Origin: Azolla caroliniana
Taxonomy: Eukaryota; Plantae; Polypodiophyta
Length of the DNA stretch: 64,000 nucleotides
Assembly (NCBI GenBank): GCA_043228905.1
Contig: JBHGNT010000008.1
Span: forward strand, 1,612,001 to 1,676,000
Direction: 5' to 3'
The notes under the pieces were generated by a model. That model saw nothing but the letters and a program-made list of their open reading frames with translations, had not been told where the DNA came from and did not search any database. Shown piece by piece: positions 49,601-62,582 of this stretch. The position numbers and the translations under genes were made by a program. Numbering within the stretch: position 1 is the stretch's first letter; the number at the start of each line of letters is the position of its first letter.

Positions 49601-52205
49601 TGGTGCGAGGGTTATAGCACTTATAACCCTTCTGCTCGTCCGAGTAACCGACCAAGATGCATTTCTCGGCCTTTGCGTCTAGCTTCCTCCTTCTCTCCTT
49701 CGGTATATGCACATACGCAATGCTACCGAACACCTTCAAGAGTCGCAAGTTCAGCTTCGTTCCGAAATATAGCTCGTGCACCGACACTTTGTCTCCGATC
49801 TGGTTCCGGATGTATACCGCGGTCCTCACCGCCTCGGCCCAATAGAACTTGGGCAAGCTCTTCTCCTCCAACATTGCCCGTGCCGCTTCCACAACTGACC
49901 GATTCTTCCTCTCGGCCACGCTGTTCTGCTTTGGCGTGTATCTACAACTGAATTCGCGCCGAATTCTCATTTGTTGTAGATAATTGTTGAATTGACCGGA
50001 AAAGTACTCTTTCCCGCCATCCGACCGCAGGCACTTGATCTTTCGTCCCGTTTCCATTTCCACGAACCCTTTGAGGTCCCGGAAACAATCGAAGACTTCG
50101 CTCTTCCTCTCAATGAGGTAGATCCACGTGTGCCGCGTGTGGTCGTCGATGAAGGAGACGAGGTATCGGCTCCCACCAAGACTAACGTTTTGTGCCGGTC
50201 CCCACACATCCGAGTGTATAAGGTCGAGCTTGTTCCGACTCCGGTTTCGCTCGTTGGGGAAGGGAAGTCTCTGTTGCTTCCCAAGCTGGTAGGCTTCACA
50301 AATTTGTGCCTTTCGGCCACTAAACTTGGGCAATCCAAACACTACCTGTTTCGATTGCAGATCTTGAAGCCGCTGGTAGTTGACGTGGCCTATCCGCTTG
50401 TGCCACAAGTCGATGTCCGACTCGGCTTTTTGTCCCTTTGCGAACATTGCGGTGCCACCGTCAGTGGAATCGAGGATAAACATCCTCCCATCTCTACGCC
50501 CTTGCGCGATCACACGACCTTCTTCCTCAATGAAGCACCCGAGGTGTGTAAACCGAACCTCCATCCCTGGGTCGACGATCTGTCCGACCGAGACCAAGTT
50601 TTTCGTGATTGTCGGAACGTGCAACACGTTCTTGAGTTTCCCTTTCTGCCCGACATGGCTAAGGGGAACTTCTCCGACATTCGCAATCGGATGCAGAGTG
50701 TCGTCTCGTGTTGCGACTACTCCAGGTTGTATCGGTTTTTCAAGGTACGAGAACCACTCCTTATGGCTCGTCATGTGGTTTGACGGGCCGGAGTCTACGT
50801 ACCACACCTCGTTCGGTCTCGGGGTGCTCTGTTTCATTGAGTTTGCTTCGTGTCTCGTCACGAAGACAGACCCTTATCCGGCTCTCCCGGAGTCTTCAGC
50901 GTAGTGCGATCGCTGCCGATTTCCCTTGTCGGTACGTCTGGAGCCGTTCCCGGAACCAGTTCTCTCCGAATCGGCGCGCTTCTTCCAGCACTCACTTTCC
51001 CTGTGGCCTTTCTTGCCATAGTACCAGCACTCCGCAATGAACTTCCCTTGCCGGTTCTCATCACTTCGACTCCCCCGGTTTCCGGAGGGTCCGGAGTTGC
51101 TGTCGGCATCATTTCGGTGCCTTCTTCCTTGATCTCGTCGGCCGCCTCCATTGCGTGCCGACTCGCCTCGTCCTCCACGTCCGTTCTCCTCTACCAGGAG
51201 CATCGACTGTAAGTAGAAAAAGGACGGCGTATTCTCCCAGGTACACACAGCCGTTCGGAACGCTCCGAACTTCGACGCCAAACCTCCGAGACAGATCTGG
51301 ACCATCTCGCTCTCCTCGATGTTCACCTCTATGGAGGCGAGGGAGTCGCAAATATCCTTGATCTTTGAGGTATAGTCCGCCACCGACAAGTCGTGTTGTC
51401 GTAGGTTGCTTAACTCCTGTCGGAGCTGAAGCTTCCTGGCTCTGGTGCTCGCGGCGAAAATCTTCTTCAGATTTTCCCACGCACCCTTTGGCGTCTTTGC
51501 ATCCCGAATATAGCTCAATAGTTGTTCGCCCACACACGATGCGAAGCAGTATAGTACCCTGTTCGCCGATTGCTCCCACGACGGGAAGTCTCTGTGCATC
51601 GATTCGGGTGCCGCGTCATTAGCTCCTTCGACATAACTCCAGTAGCCGTGCCCAAGCAGGTACTGGTGCATCTTGTAAGAGCAAGACGCGTAGTTGGTTC
51701 TGTCGAGCTTCTCTGTTGGAAGCGAGCTCGCCATGCCTCTATCCATCGTTCTTCTTGTTCTTCTTCGTCAAGCTGTGTCGGCTGCAGAGAGGTTCTCAAC
51801 CCTCGCGCTCCGATACCATGTAAAAAGTAGCGTGCGAAAGCAGGTATGAAGACAGAACAGAGGAAGGAAGCTCAGGTTCAATGGAGAGCTTAGGCTTACA
51901 CGGTGTACGCGGGAGAGACAGAGAGAGAAAACACAAAGAAACTATATTCAACGATAATACTCAGTCTATACATAAGACGTGCTCAGTGAGCACTTTTATA
52001 CAAGTCCTAAAAGGACTGACCAAAGTACTGACAGTACTTCAATGCTCATTAAGAGCTCCTACACTAACTCCCAAATATATTCCTCACGGAATATCTTTCC
52101 TAACGACCTCCCGGTTTACGCACTCGGCCTAACCGATTGGTCCCAACCGATCCGGTCCTCGGCTTCTTTAGCCGATCCGGCTGATGTTGAGCTTGTCTCT
52201 CAACA
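46618..52205 (-). mobile_element. Near-complete Ty1/copia LTR retrotransposon
   Basis: LTRs 46618-47001 and 51819-52205, TSD GTTAC, PBS TGGTATCGGAGC at 51818-51807. Gag 51746-50874, protease-integrase 50861-49251, RT/RNase H 48860-46996, with a few stops and frameshifts. Confidence 0.97.
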
Positions 52206-52230
52206 GTTACATGTTTTCTCTAGGTAGCAC

Positions 52231-52582
52231 GACTGTTGCGTGGAGCAGCAAAAAGCAGCCAACAGTGGCTTTGTCAAGCACTGAGGCTGAGTACTGGGGC
52301 GCTACCAATGCCACCTGTGACGCCATCTAGCTTCGGCGACTGCTGCGTGACCTAGGATCGGACAAGTTGCAGCATTGTTCAGAGATGCTCGGCATTTAGC
52401 ATCTCGACTGTTGCGTGGAGCAGCAAAAAGCAGCCAACAGTGGCTTTGTCAAGCACTGAGGCTGAGTACTGGGGCGCTACCAATGCCACCTGTGACGCCA
52501 TCTAGCTTCGGCGACTGCTGCGTGACCTAGGATCGAACAAGTTGCGGCATTGTTCAGAGATGCTCGGCATTTAGCATCTCGA
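52231..52582. repeat. 175-bp tandem duplication of an already internally deleted RNase H segment
   Basis: gactgttgcgtggagcagc occurs at 52231 and 52406. Both units carry the same deletion junction gacctaggatcg/acaagttgc. Confidence 0.9.
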
Positions 52583-53889
52583 TGTGCCACACTTGAGGGG
52601 GAGAACAGGAACGGGAATGAATGGCACCAAACAAGGAGCCAAAGAGGAAGGAAGAACCAAGGGGGGAGATAAGCAGAAAAAGGAAGTCGAGTCGACCCAA
52701 GGAGTCGGCACATCCGAACAAGTCGGAGCAAGTAGCGGCGGCGACAAAGTCAAGAAGGACAAAGCTGACAGGAAGAACGCCAAGACCCGGACGTGGTTCG
52801 ATGTGGTGAAAGGCCTAAAAACGGAAGACGAGTTGGAGACTACCAACTCAGACAAGAGCTGGAACAAATCGGAGGAAACCGATTCGATTCAAGATTTGAA
52901 GAAGCCGGATCAACTAAAGGCGGACCGAACGAGGAGCGCGAGCAAGGTGGAATGACGCCAGAAGGAACCGGGTGGAAGGATCGGCTACCACAAACACTAA
53001 CACCACAATTTGACCTCAAGTTGAGCTTGAGGGGGAGTGTTGAGCGAGCAAGGTCAACCGGATCCAGATCGGCTAAATAATCCAGAGCTGGATCGGCATT
53101 CGGGAGGATGAGCCGAACCGGTATCCGGATGGTATCCGGAAACAACCGGCCGGATCCGGGAGACGGATCGGAGAGCCGGATTCGAGTGTGAACCGGAAGC
53201 CTAGTAGTAGCCTAGACTACTAGGTAATCATTGTCTCGTAGTTAGTGTCAGTCGCTCGTATGAGCATTGAAGTACATAGTACTTCTGTCAGTCCTTTTGA
53301 GGACTTGTATAAATAGTGTTGTTTAGCACATTGTATGTACAGAGTTTTCAGGGTGATATTTTGAATTGAGTTTATGTTCTGCTCTCTCTCTCTCTCTCTC
53401 TCTCCCCCACGCATATTCTCTGTGTTAAGTTCTCCATTAAACCTTTTCTCATTTTCTGTTGCTATCTTGCCGAGCCAGTTTGTCTAACACTTTCGCACGC
53501 TAACTTTTACAAGGTTGTAGCCATGATAGGCCAATAAGAACGCTCAAAGGCTCAGAGTAGAAAACTATAAAGAATGGCGAACACATACAGAAATCTTCTT
53601 TCCATCTCATGTGATCATTGGCTTAAACACGCAACTTTAGTTTCTCATTGTTCATCCATGTCGTTGTCCATATGTGGATAGCTACTACATCATTATTCTT
53701 TTGGTCCCGCATGCTCATCATCATATGTAATAAATGCTCATCACCATGGCTTCACAATATATTTGACCTTTAGCTACCATGGTTGTATGACGACGAGCAT
53801 TTCCAACATTTCCATTATGCTTCACAATATATTGGGGATAGTGAAGTTATTGAATATGTTCTACTAACATTTCCATTACGTAAGAGTAA

Positions 53890-54150
53890 TCACACAACAA
53901 TAAAAGTGACCGGATTTGGTAAAACTCCATTTCTTCTCATATGGTCAAATACAGAGAAAACATTTTCAATTTCTCCAACTTGCCCATATCCTGTAATCAG
54001 AACATTCCATGAGACTATATTTTGAGTTGGAAGCATATCAAACACTTCACGTGCTTTCTCTAAGACTCCACCCTTAGCATATAGATCAACCAATGCATTG
54101 CCAACAAACCGGTTTCTCTTTAGCATGCCCATCTACTCAATCTTATTGTT
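53890..54150 (-). pseudogene. PLS-class pentatricopeptide repeat gene fragment
   Basis: NRFVGNALVDLYAKGGVLEKAREVFDMLPTQNIVSWNVLITGYGQVGE..PNPVTF, with stops on both sides. Confidence 0.88.
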
Positions 54151-55814
54151 GTGAATTTTATTGGGATCTTGTTTCCTTTCATAAGTTGTTCTATGGGTGC
54201 GATGGTTTACAGAATTTTCTCTGATTGTGATTGTACTATGGAGGCCATATTCCCCAAAGAGGCCATATTTTGTGTGGTTAGGGATCCCATATTCCACAAA
54301 GAGGCTATGGAGGCTAAAGAAAATGCAAAATGGGGTTTCTCCATGAAGAGCGAGATTGGGGTCAATTCATAAAAACCACTTGGAACTAGATAAACATCTA
54401 CAAAATGTGAGATTTATTGACAAAAGCATGATCTTTGTAGTCTTATACTAAGTTCAAGGTTTTCCTCATTGTGAAGGAATTCAAGTAGTAGCATTCTATT
54501 AATTTTGGCTGAATCATCTCTTAAGTGTAGAAAATGATGATAGAACATACGTTACTTCCAATCAGAACCAATGAGAACATGGGTATTGAGTAGATGCATG
54601 TGAAAATTGTAGTTCTTTAAATAGACCCTGAGGGGAAGATTGTAGTTCTTTAAATAGAACCAATCAGAACCAATCAGAACATGGGTATTGAGTAGATGCA
54701 TGTGAAAATTGTAGTTCTTTAAATAGACCCCGAGGAGAATTGAGGAAAGGTGAGAGAGTCTAAGAACTAATATGGTTTAATGCAAGCATAAAAACAAAAT
54801 TTCCAATGTATAAATACTTGGTACTATAGGACCAACGTTTGATACAAAAACTCATTGAGAATTAGTAATTTCATCAAACCAATAACAAATCCATCATGAA
54901 ACACAACATGTTAGATGAGTAAGGTAGAAGATGTGTGTTGTAGTGAAACCTAGCTTTACATGCTAATTAGAAGTCAGTGTATGTGTACTAATTATTCGTA
55001 ATTGTCAGTTTATTAAGTAGTTGTCATACATGTGATGGCACAACATTGATATTGACATTGGAACCAAGGATGCAAGTCCGAGTGTAAGACACAAAGGCAA
55101 GAGGAAAAGATAGTGGAATCTAAAGCCTTGTGGCCTCACTAGTGGGAGAAGATCCAAACATTGTAAAAGAATACAAAGGTCATTGTTGAGCCTAAGCTTT
55201 AGGCTAGAGTTTCTCGTTTTTCATGAGATTAGTGCTAAATGCTTTATTCTTAAGCCATACTGTAATATTCTTGCATGTGATTGTATGTATGTGTGTTATT
55301 GTATATATTTCTGTATATCTATGTACATATGCATGTATGCATGCATGCATCATGCATGTATGTGTGTGTTTGTCTATGAAGATATGCATCTATGTAGCAT
55401 GCATCTATGTATGAAGAAACAAATAGAAAAAAACAGAACATTAAGCATTAAACACTTCATTAAAGATAGGATGGATTATCACCATCAATGTACACCAACA
55501 ATTATACCAAGAAAAATCATCAGACACCTTTCATTAAGTCATGGTTTGCTTATGGAACAAATGATAATAATAAAAACAGATCATTAAACTACTCTTCATT
55601 AAAGATAGGACTGAAATGTAAATGCAATACATGGGGGGTGGAGATGGGGAAGGACAGCCATACTGTCCGAAACACAATGTTCTCCGATCCCTCTGCTTTA
55701 CATTTATTTTATAGCGAAAAACCAGAAATTACATGATCACAGACACCGGCCAGTCTTGTATGTTACATATGTCTAACATTCAGAAGGGTCGGATCAAAAA
55801 TCAATTCCATATTT

Positions 55815-57110
55815 TCATGCATCCCAGCTAGTAGTTGTGGCATCATCCACGGAGTCGCAAGGGCAAGGACTGGGACACTGACAATCGGAACCACACTTGC
55901 ATACATTTCCAGCAACTGTAGTCATCGTCTTTCTGTTCGAATCCACAAAATCAAAGTCCAGCACAAATGAGAAATTAATTAATTAGTATCCACAATGAAT
56001 TTACACAGGAATACATGTTTTGAGGATTTTAGCCCTCAAACAGATTGTCAAGATTTAGTGAAATCCTCCACATAACATCTTCAGGAATCAGCGCTAGTCT
56101 ACCAACATTTCGCTGTAGTTTCAGCAGCAAAAATGTGGTTTTAACTTTCAACCAGTCGAATAGTATATCATCTTGTTTTGATCGAACAATTCCACATGCT
56201 ATTCTCTAGTTTCAAACAGATTGTTCATAATATACTCTCAACAGAAAAAAGTAGCGTATCATCTTGTTTTGAACGAACAATTCCACATGATATTCTCTAG
56301 TTTCAAACAAATTGTTCATAATATACTCTCAACAGCAAAATGTGGTCCAGTTTTCAACCAGTCTCACAACATCGTCTAGTTTTAAATGATCAATTTCACA
56401 GGATATTGTCTGATTCCAAGAAAATTGTTTAGTATAGGACCTAATTATAACATAAAAGAAGAAATCAAACTTAGGTGAAGAAACTTACGGTCCATCAAGG
56501 CTGGTGTCATCAATGGTATACTTGCCACACCTGCTCAGAATAGTAAACCCAAAGATCAGAAAAAGCAAATACTGATTCGAACAATCGTATAGAACTCAGA
56601 AGAAGCCATGGATTCACAAGCCAAAAACAACAACAAACGGGAAAAAAAAAAAAAAAAAAAAAATCTCAAAAGAATGGAATGGAAAACGCATAATGCAACA
56701 AAGCATCAAGAAGAAAGCAATGGTGATTCACGATACCTCAAAGAATCTGTGGAAACGCATGAGACAATAAATCATGGAGAGAACAGGTCGGCATAATCGA
56801 TTGTCATGAGAAAGATGGGTAAAGAAAGGGTAAAGAAGTTACTTGCAGGGAGAGAGGCTCCCCACAGAAGACACACAACAAAAATCATCAAGAAAGCCAT
56901 GAAAATCGCCAAGAAGGTAAGGTAATTCGCGAAACACAATGCAACAAAATCGCCATGACACAGAGAGAACCTCAATAAGGAAGAACAAAAAGAGTGATGG
57001 AGATGATGAAGGAAACATGTCAGGCGTAAACTGTGGTATACTACTTACTTGCAGCTGCTACCACAACCGCAGCTGGAGCCACAGCTGCATCCAGAGCCAC
57101 AGCCAGACAT
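55815..57110 (-). CDS. Plant metallothionein, 3 exons, 73 aa (absent from the ORF track)
   Basis: Exons 57110-57049, 56530-56489, 55932-55815 with GT-AG introns give MSGCGSGCSCGSSCGCGSSCKCGKYTIDDTSLDGPKTMTTVAGNVCKCGSDCQCPSPCPCDSVDDATTTSWDA*. TATA box lies upstream. Confidence 0.93.
56166..56340. repeat. 91-bp tandem duplication in metallothionein intron 2
   Basis: tatcatcttgttttga..aacaattccacatg occurs at 56166 and 56257, with a degenerate third copy near 56370. Confidence 0.8.
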
Positions 57111-57243
57111 GGTGTACTGACAATTAAATTTGTATATATGGATCGAAGAAGAGGAGGAGGAGGAGAAGGATCGATGGAAAAGCTCTGCAATTCGATCAGA
57201 GGATGAAGCTGGATGGAGCTGAATCTTCCATAGCCTTCCTTGG

Positions 57244-57560
57244 CTTTATATAGAGGGGCAGGGTGGGGGGGGGGGGGGGCACTGCCACGTGGACAGTGCC
57301 ACGTCATGCCCAGTGCCACGTCGTCCGTCCTATGTCACGGCATCATTTCATGCCACAACCGTTCGTTCCATGCCACGTAGGCATCTTGCGCCACATCATT
57401 TCATGCCACAACCGTCGTTTCATGCCACGTAGGCATCTTGTGCCACATCATTTCATGCCACAACCGTTGTTTCATGCCATGTAGGCATCTTGTGCCACAT
57501 AATCCTCTTTTCATATGCCACATCATTTCATGCCACGTAGGCATCTTGTGCCACGTAATC
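57244..57560 (-). promoter_or_regulatory. Metallothionein promoter: TATA box and tandem ABRE/G-box array
   Basis: TATATAAAG on the minus strand at ~57252-57244. Seven GCCACGT (= ACGTGGC) motifs at 57284, 57298, 57315, 57372, 57424, 57532 and 57550. Confidence 0.75.
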
Positions 57561-58899
57561 CTCTTTTCGTGTGTGTGTGTGTGTGTGTGTTTTATCGTTC
57601 TTCTTCTTCTTCTTTGAAGTCATTTGTCCTCTCGTTGGGCGGGGCATGCTGGAGTCGCATGAGGAGAGGAATGAGTACCCACCCAACCGTGGAGCGGCCT
57701 GAGAGCAGCCTTCATCAGCTCAATCCCGAGAATTGTGAACTCAACTCATGTGCTCTTCCCACCCCCTAGGACAAGGGTATAAGGTCGTCGGGTTTCATAC
57801 TCATCTTGATTAGGTTATAAAGCTTGGGTTCTATGAGGTCTATCTTGTGTTTGTTGTCCATTCCGTAAGAGTGGCTTGGTCGAACAAGAGGAGATGCATT
57901 TATTTACCTATGGGGGGAGAGGGAATTCCTCAGATCGTCCAACTATATGCGTCAATGTGTTGGAGGCACCCTTCCATTGAGCTTTCTTTGTCTACATATG
58001 AGTATATATGCAAAATTTGTTGTGTCCCCCAATAGGAGGGACCAGATATGGCATAAATCTTGTTCTCATACGTCACCTTAATGGTGGCAAGTAGCCCATA
58101 GGCATTGACTAGCACTCGCTTTTCTTATTCTTGCCAATCCTCATTGGGCAAAGATCAAACTCAATTCACCATGAAAATGGTTTGATCTCTGGTAGGTTTT
58201 CCATAGTTGTCTAGATCTACCTTACGTTGGTGGTTTCCCATTCTTTTGCTCAAAAATGGTTCTTACATGTGTACTGAGCCATGATAGCATATGATATATG
58301 GCACATGTCATCGCTTCATGCTATAGGAGTGTTGTGGTCAATTTCCAAAACAGACAAGATCTTATACGGACATTGGTGGATCTCATACACAACATGGGGA
58401 ATCAAAACATACTCTAAATTTAATTGGTTGCACTCTAATTATAAGATGCTTTGAGAATCCCGATGCACTCTTTATGTTAACGGCCCTAGAGGGTGAGACC
58501 CTTTCCATCATCCATTTGTCTAATACAAATGGAATAATTTGTTTACCTCAAAATCATATAAAACTTGTGTGTCTCTTTTCTTCCTCAAATTCATCAAGGT
58601 AAACATTTTCTTTGCTATCCTAACTTTGTTGCAAATAGTGAAGCGACATGAAAATACATTTTAATATGATACATCGGTATGTGTAATGGTTTGTTTATCA
58701 TTTTTAGGGATGCATTCGTTGGAATCTCATCACATTTTTACACTTTTATTGTCTAGAAGACATTGCCTATGAAATTACATGCATGCTTATGTGTCATATA
58801 TTTTCCTACATCAAGGATGAAATGGAACATTTGACTCATTAAACAAAACAAAACTTCAGATTATTTACATATCTTTACTTCGTCAGAATCACACAAGCA

Positions 58900-61500
58900 T
58901 GATGATGACTTTTTTACATGCCCAACCATTCTACACTTGGTTCATAAAGCAATGACACTAATCTTTTGCTAAGATTCATATTTTCTAGATATTTTTAATT
59001 TGTCATTGAGCCTCATTTGTATGCCGATTTGTCGATATCAAATTTTGTGTGGTAGAATTATATAGACACTTATGTCGTTTCAAGTTATATTAGATCATAT
59101 ATGCATTTGTATATTTATCATCAGCCAATAATTAAGGCATGCAAATATGTACAACCCGTAAGCTCACACATATGGAAACTTGAAAAGCATTTTCTATGAA
59201 CAAATTTTCTCAAGCATAGCGTTCCAATGTTTGTGGAGAGGATTCTCTCATGAGCTTCCTTTAGGGTTTAGTTGATTACAAGAAATCAAACATATTGAGA
59301 AGATCACTTTACACCAAGGACGTTGTTATGGGTTCAAATAATTGAGATCCCACACACAAAAGTTGAGTGTTTTTTTTCTCATGGGCATTCTATAACAATG
59401 AAAAATAATGACACATTGAAATGTAGGTACTAGGTACTATGCTGCCTTTATTCTCTCCCATCCATCAAATCAAAGGTTTATTCCTAGTGTTTGTGAGTAT
59501 CAATAAATATAAAAAAAGAAATGCACCACACTCATCAAAAGAAAGCGGAGACATAAGAATCAACTAGATGAGGAAAATGTTAAAAAACTAAGTCCAAACA
59601 AAAATGTGTGATGGATGCCATCGGAACTTACCTACATGTATTTACGTCACATTTATTTTGTGATAGTGTTTGGCGAGCAAGTTGGTTGAGACAAAAATAA
59701 TAAAAAATAAGGAGTTCTTTTTTAGTACCAAGGGGTATAGGTTTCCCCCGGCAATAATGAAGCCAAATATTCAAGACAAATTAATTTTAGCCACCAAGGA
59801 ATCCTTTTAGTGTCGAGGGCCACACATCACTTCAGTGTCAAGGTGACACAGAATTTCCGGGTGGACACTATGCAAGTGATATACATCGCATGTTAGGTCA
59901 AGCTTCACATGCTACCTCGTGATTTACCTATAGTTGCCCAAACAAACTATTTCCAATCATTGTCATGTTCATTAATGGAAACCACGTCTAAGTTCTACTT
60001 TAGCAAAGTATGGGACTATTACTCTAGCTATCACATCAAACAAAAATTGGTCATTGTTTGAGATACCTCGAACCTAACTTTGCATAGACATTGCAATAAA
60101 AATTAATCTATAAGAACATGTCGAAATAATACTCTCATTTTGGGTAAGTGGATAATCAAGACAACAATGTTGCCATTAAAAGGCTAAGAAATAAACAGAA
60201 AGAACCCAAAAAGTTGAAGAGATTAGGCATGGACAATATAGAGAGTACACCCAACAAGGTGTTGGGACCAAGCAATAAACATGAAGATAAAGAGAGGAAT
60301 GTCATATGGAAAGATAGAATTCAATAATTATGAGGGGGTTATAGAGTAGATAAGTTAGGTATTCAAATGAAGGTCTAAACCTTCAAATGGAAACTCTATT
60401 ATGGCAATGCATTAGTTGATGCTTTTTGGAGCTTAAGTCATGTGAATATTGCTCTTTTAACGTTGTAAAATTTGTCCATGCACCTATGAAGACATCAACT
60501 AGTCTAGTCTTGTAGACATCAACTTCTACAACTTGTTGAGGATAGCAAGTTCAACTTGCTAAGCTATGGTTTTTGAGGGGAAGAAGAATTCATGATAGCA
60601 ATGGATTCTCTTATCATCTTCAAGGAACCTCAATGAAAATATTTAGCTATGCCAATGTTGTGAGGTTTTGCAAGAACGGTGCAAAGATTGTGAGAAGATA
60701 AGAGTAGTTTGGGGTATTTTAATAAAAATTTAAGGCTAGGTTTAAGCATGTGAAACAACTAAATAGGGAAAAGGTGAGATGAAAGGAGGGAAACCAAGGA
60801 TCAACATCGCACCTACCTAGGTTAAAGACAAAGTTGGGTCTAGGTCTCAAGCGATCCTAGGTTAGAAACTGCGTTAAGTGGAAGGTTGAGGAATGTAGTA
60901 TGTAGTGGCAGTTGTTGTTGTATCGACTATCTTTAGCGAATGGTTGACTCTTTCTGCATCGCCGCCCATTGGGTTTGAAGGTTCAAGGAAAAGAGAAAGC
61001 AAGTTGAGATTCTATAGGAACAAAGTAATTTGAGGATATCCCTGATTTGATGTGGCAAGTCTACAATTGATAGCTTTGTCACCTTGGTTGTCGTAAGTAA
61101 TAATTATCTCTCATTCTCACACTCTCTGCTTGTATAGCCTTGATGAGATCTAACCTTCCAAGCAAAATGGATTTAGCATGCTTTGTAACTTGTTCTTCTA
61201 GGATATATTGATGTTATCTTTGCATGGGTACCTAGTTTGGAAAAAGCACACGTCACTCTCTCATCATTGTTACCCATTATCCTACCATCTTTTATTTGGT
61301 GTGGCAAGTTTATAATCAATGACTTTGTCCCCTTTGTTGTCATAAGTCTCCCATGTGCCCATGTGGTTTACTATCCCCCTCGAATTTCTTTTTGTTTGCC
61401 ACCAAATCCTAGGCCTCTATCTCCAAACATTTGGAAGCAAATAATAATTTCTCATTCTATCTTATTTTATAGCCTTATTTTCCAAAACAGAAAAAGAAAA
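58900..61500 (-). mobile_element. Possible very old, heavily degraded gypsy pol relic
   Basis: Only faint, correctly ordered traces of RT, RNase H and integrase motifs are visible by eye on the minus strand. No ORFs; boundaries approximate. Confidence 0.4.
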
Positions 61501-62315
61501 AAAGATACTACATTAGTATTAAAAATGCCCTAAGGCTATACATACAAGATGTATCTTATTTTATAGCCTTCATGAGCTCTCTTCCGACTAAAAATGAATT
61601 TTGCATGCATTGCAAGTTGCAACTTGCTCTTCTAACAAATACTTGCCCTTATCTTTACATGGGTACAAGTCGATTTCTCATCATCATTCTTTACCCCTCA
61701 CAATTTTCTTTATGGATATCAAATTGTTGACCTTTTTAACAACACCGGGTAGCTCTTGTCGTAAAGTGATTGTCATGATGAGAGCGTTCTTCCTCTTGAT
61801 TGCATCTTCACCTTCATATCCCATATTATTGTTCGAGAAGCCCACATGGTTCACCACATTAATTTTCCCTCCTTTCCTTTGTCTTCTAGGTTCACAATCA
61901 TTCTTTCTACAATATCTAAATGAACCACCTAATCCACCAGGTTCTTTTTATCCTCATGTCATTCTTTCGTTTGCATGTAGTGAGATGGTCATCACTCCCA
62001 TTGGGTATACCCTTTTTCCACGATGTTCGTGCCACCATTTCCTTTTTTGTTGAGCCAAATAACGTTAATTTCTCTTTCCTTTTTGTGCTTCTTTCAATTA
62101 CAAATTTCACCCTAACCTTCTTCTCCTCCCAATAGTTTTCTTTTTTCGGTGCAAAGCTATCTCACAACTCATTGTAGTCTTCACCATATGACCCAACTTT
62201 ATACCTTCTCTTTTATCGTCCGTCATTGAGATCCTCCCTTTCATTCATCCTTTCATTATATCTTGAACTTTTCCCTTCTTTCACTTTATTTTAGCTCAAA
62301 TGTGGAGTGACTTTG

Positions 62316-62423
62316 TGTTGAGGGAGCAAGCTCAACCGAATCCGGATCGGCTGGATAAGCCAGAGCCGGATCATATCCGGATTGGTGTTTGGATGATATC
62401 CGGAACCAGGAGCTGGATCGGAG
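62316..62423 (+). mobile_element. 5' part of a copia LTR (family of 53038-53511) interrupted by another element
   Basis: tgttgagggagcaagctcaaccgaatccggatcggct matches the LTR start at 53038. Confidence 0.8.
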
Positions 62424-62512
62424 TGTTGGGGACAAGGTCATCAGTGCGGAAGAACAAACAACATTTGTGACGTTGAAGGACTTGTGTATGAGAATGAACA
62501 AGATACACACAC

Positions 62513-62582
<70 letters not shown>

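Larger units (their letters stand above)
45161..53511 (+). mobile_element. 5'-truncated Ty1/copia (RT, RNase H, 3' extension, 3' LTR) with nested copia
   Basis: RT pieces 45480-46617 resume at 52206. PPT and 3' LTR at 53038-53511. Many stops and deletions. Confidence 0.92.

Noticed and set aside
49992-50783. 263-aa plus-strand ORF and similar shadow ORFs
   Set aside because: They are antisense shadows of GC-rich copia pol.
54555-54735. ~100-bp duplication with CCAAT motifs as a promoter
   Set aside because: No intact gene lies nearby in a suitable position, so it is probably a neutral local duplication.
55183-55587. Cys/Met-rich ORFs near the metallothionein
   Set aside because: They arise from (TATG/TG)n low-complexity sequence. 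The real MT is spliced on the minus strand further right.
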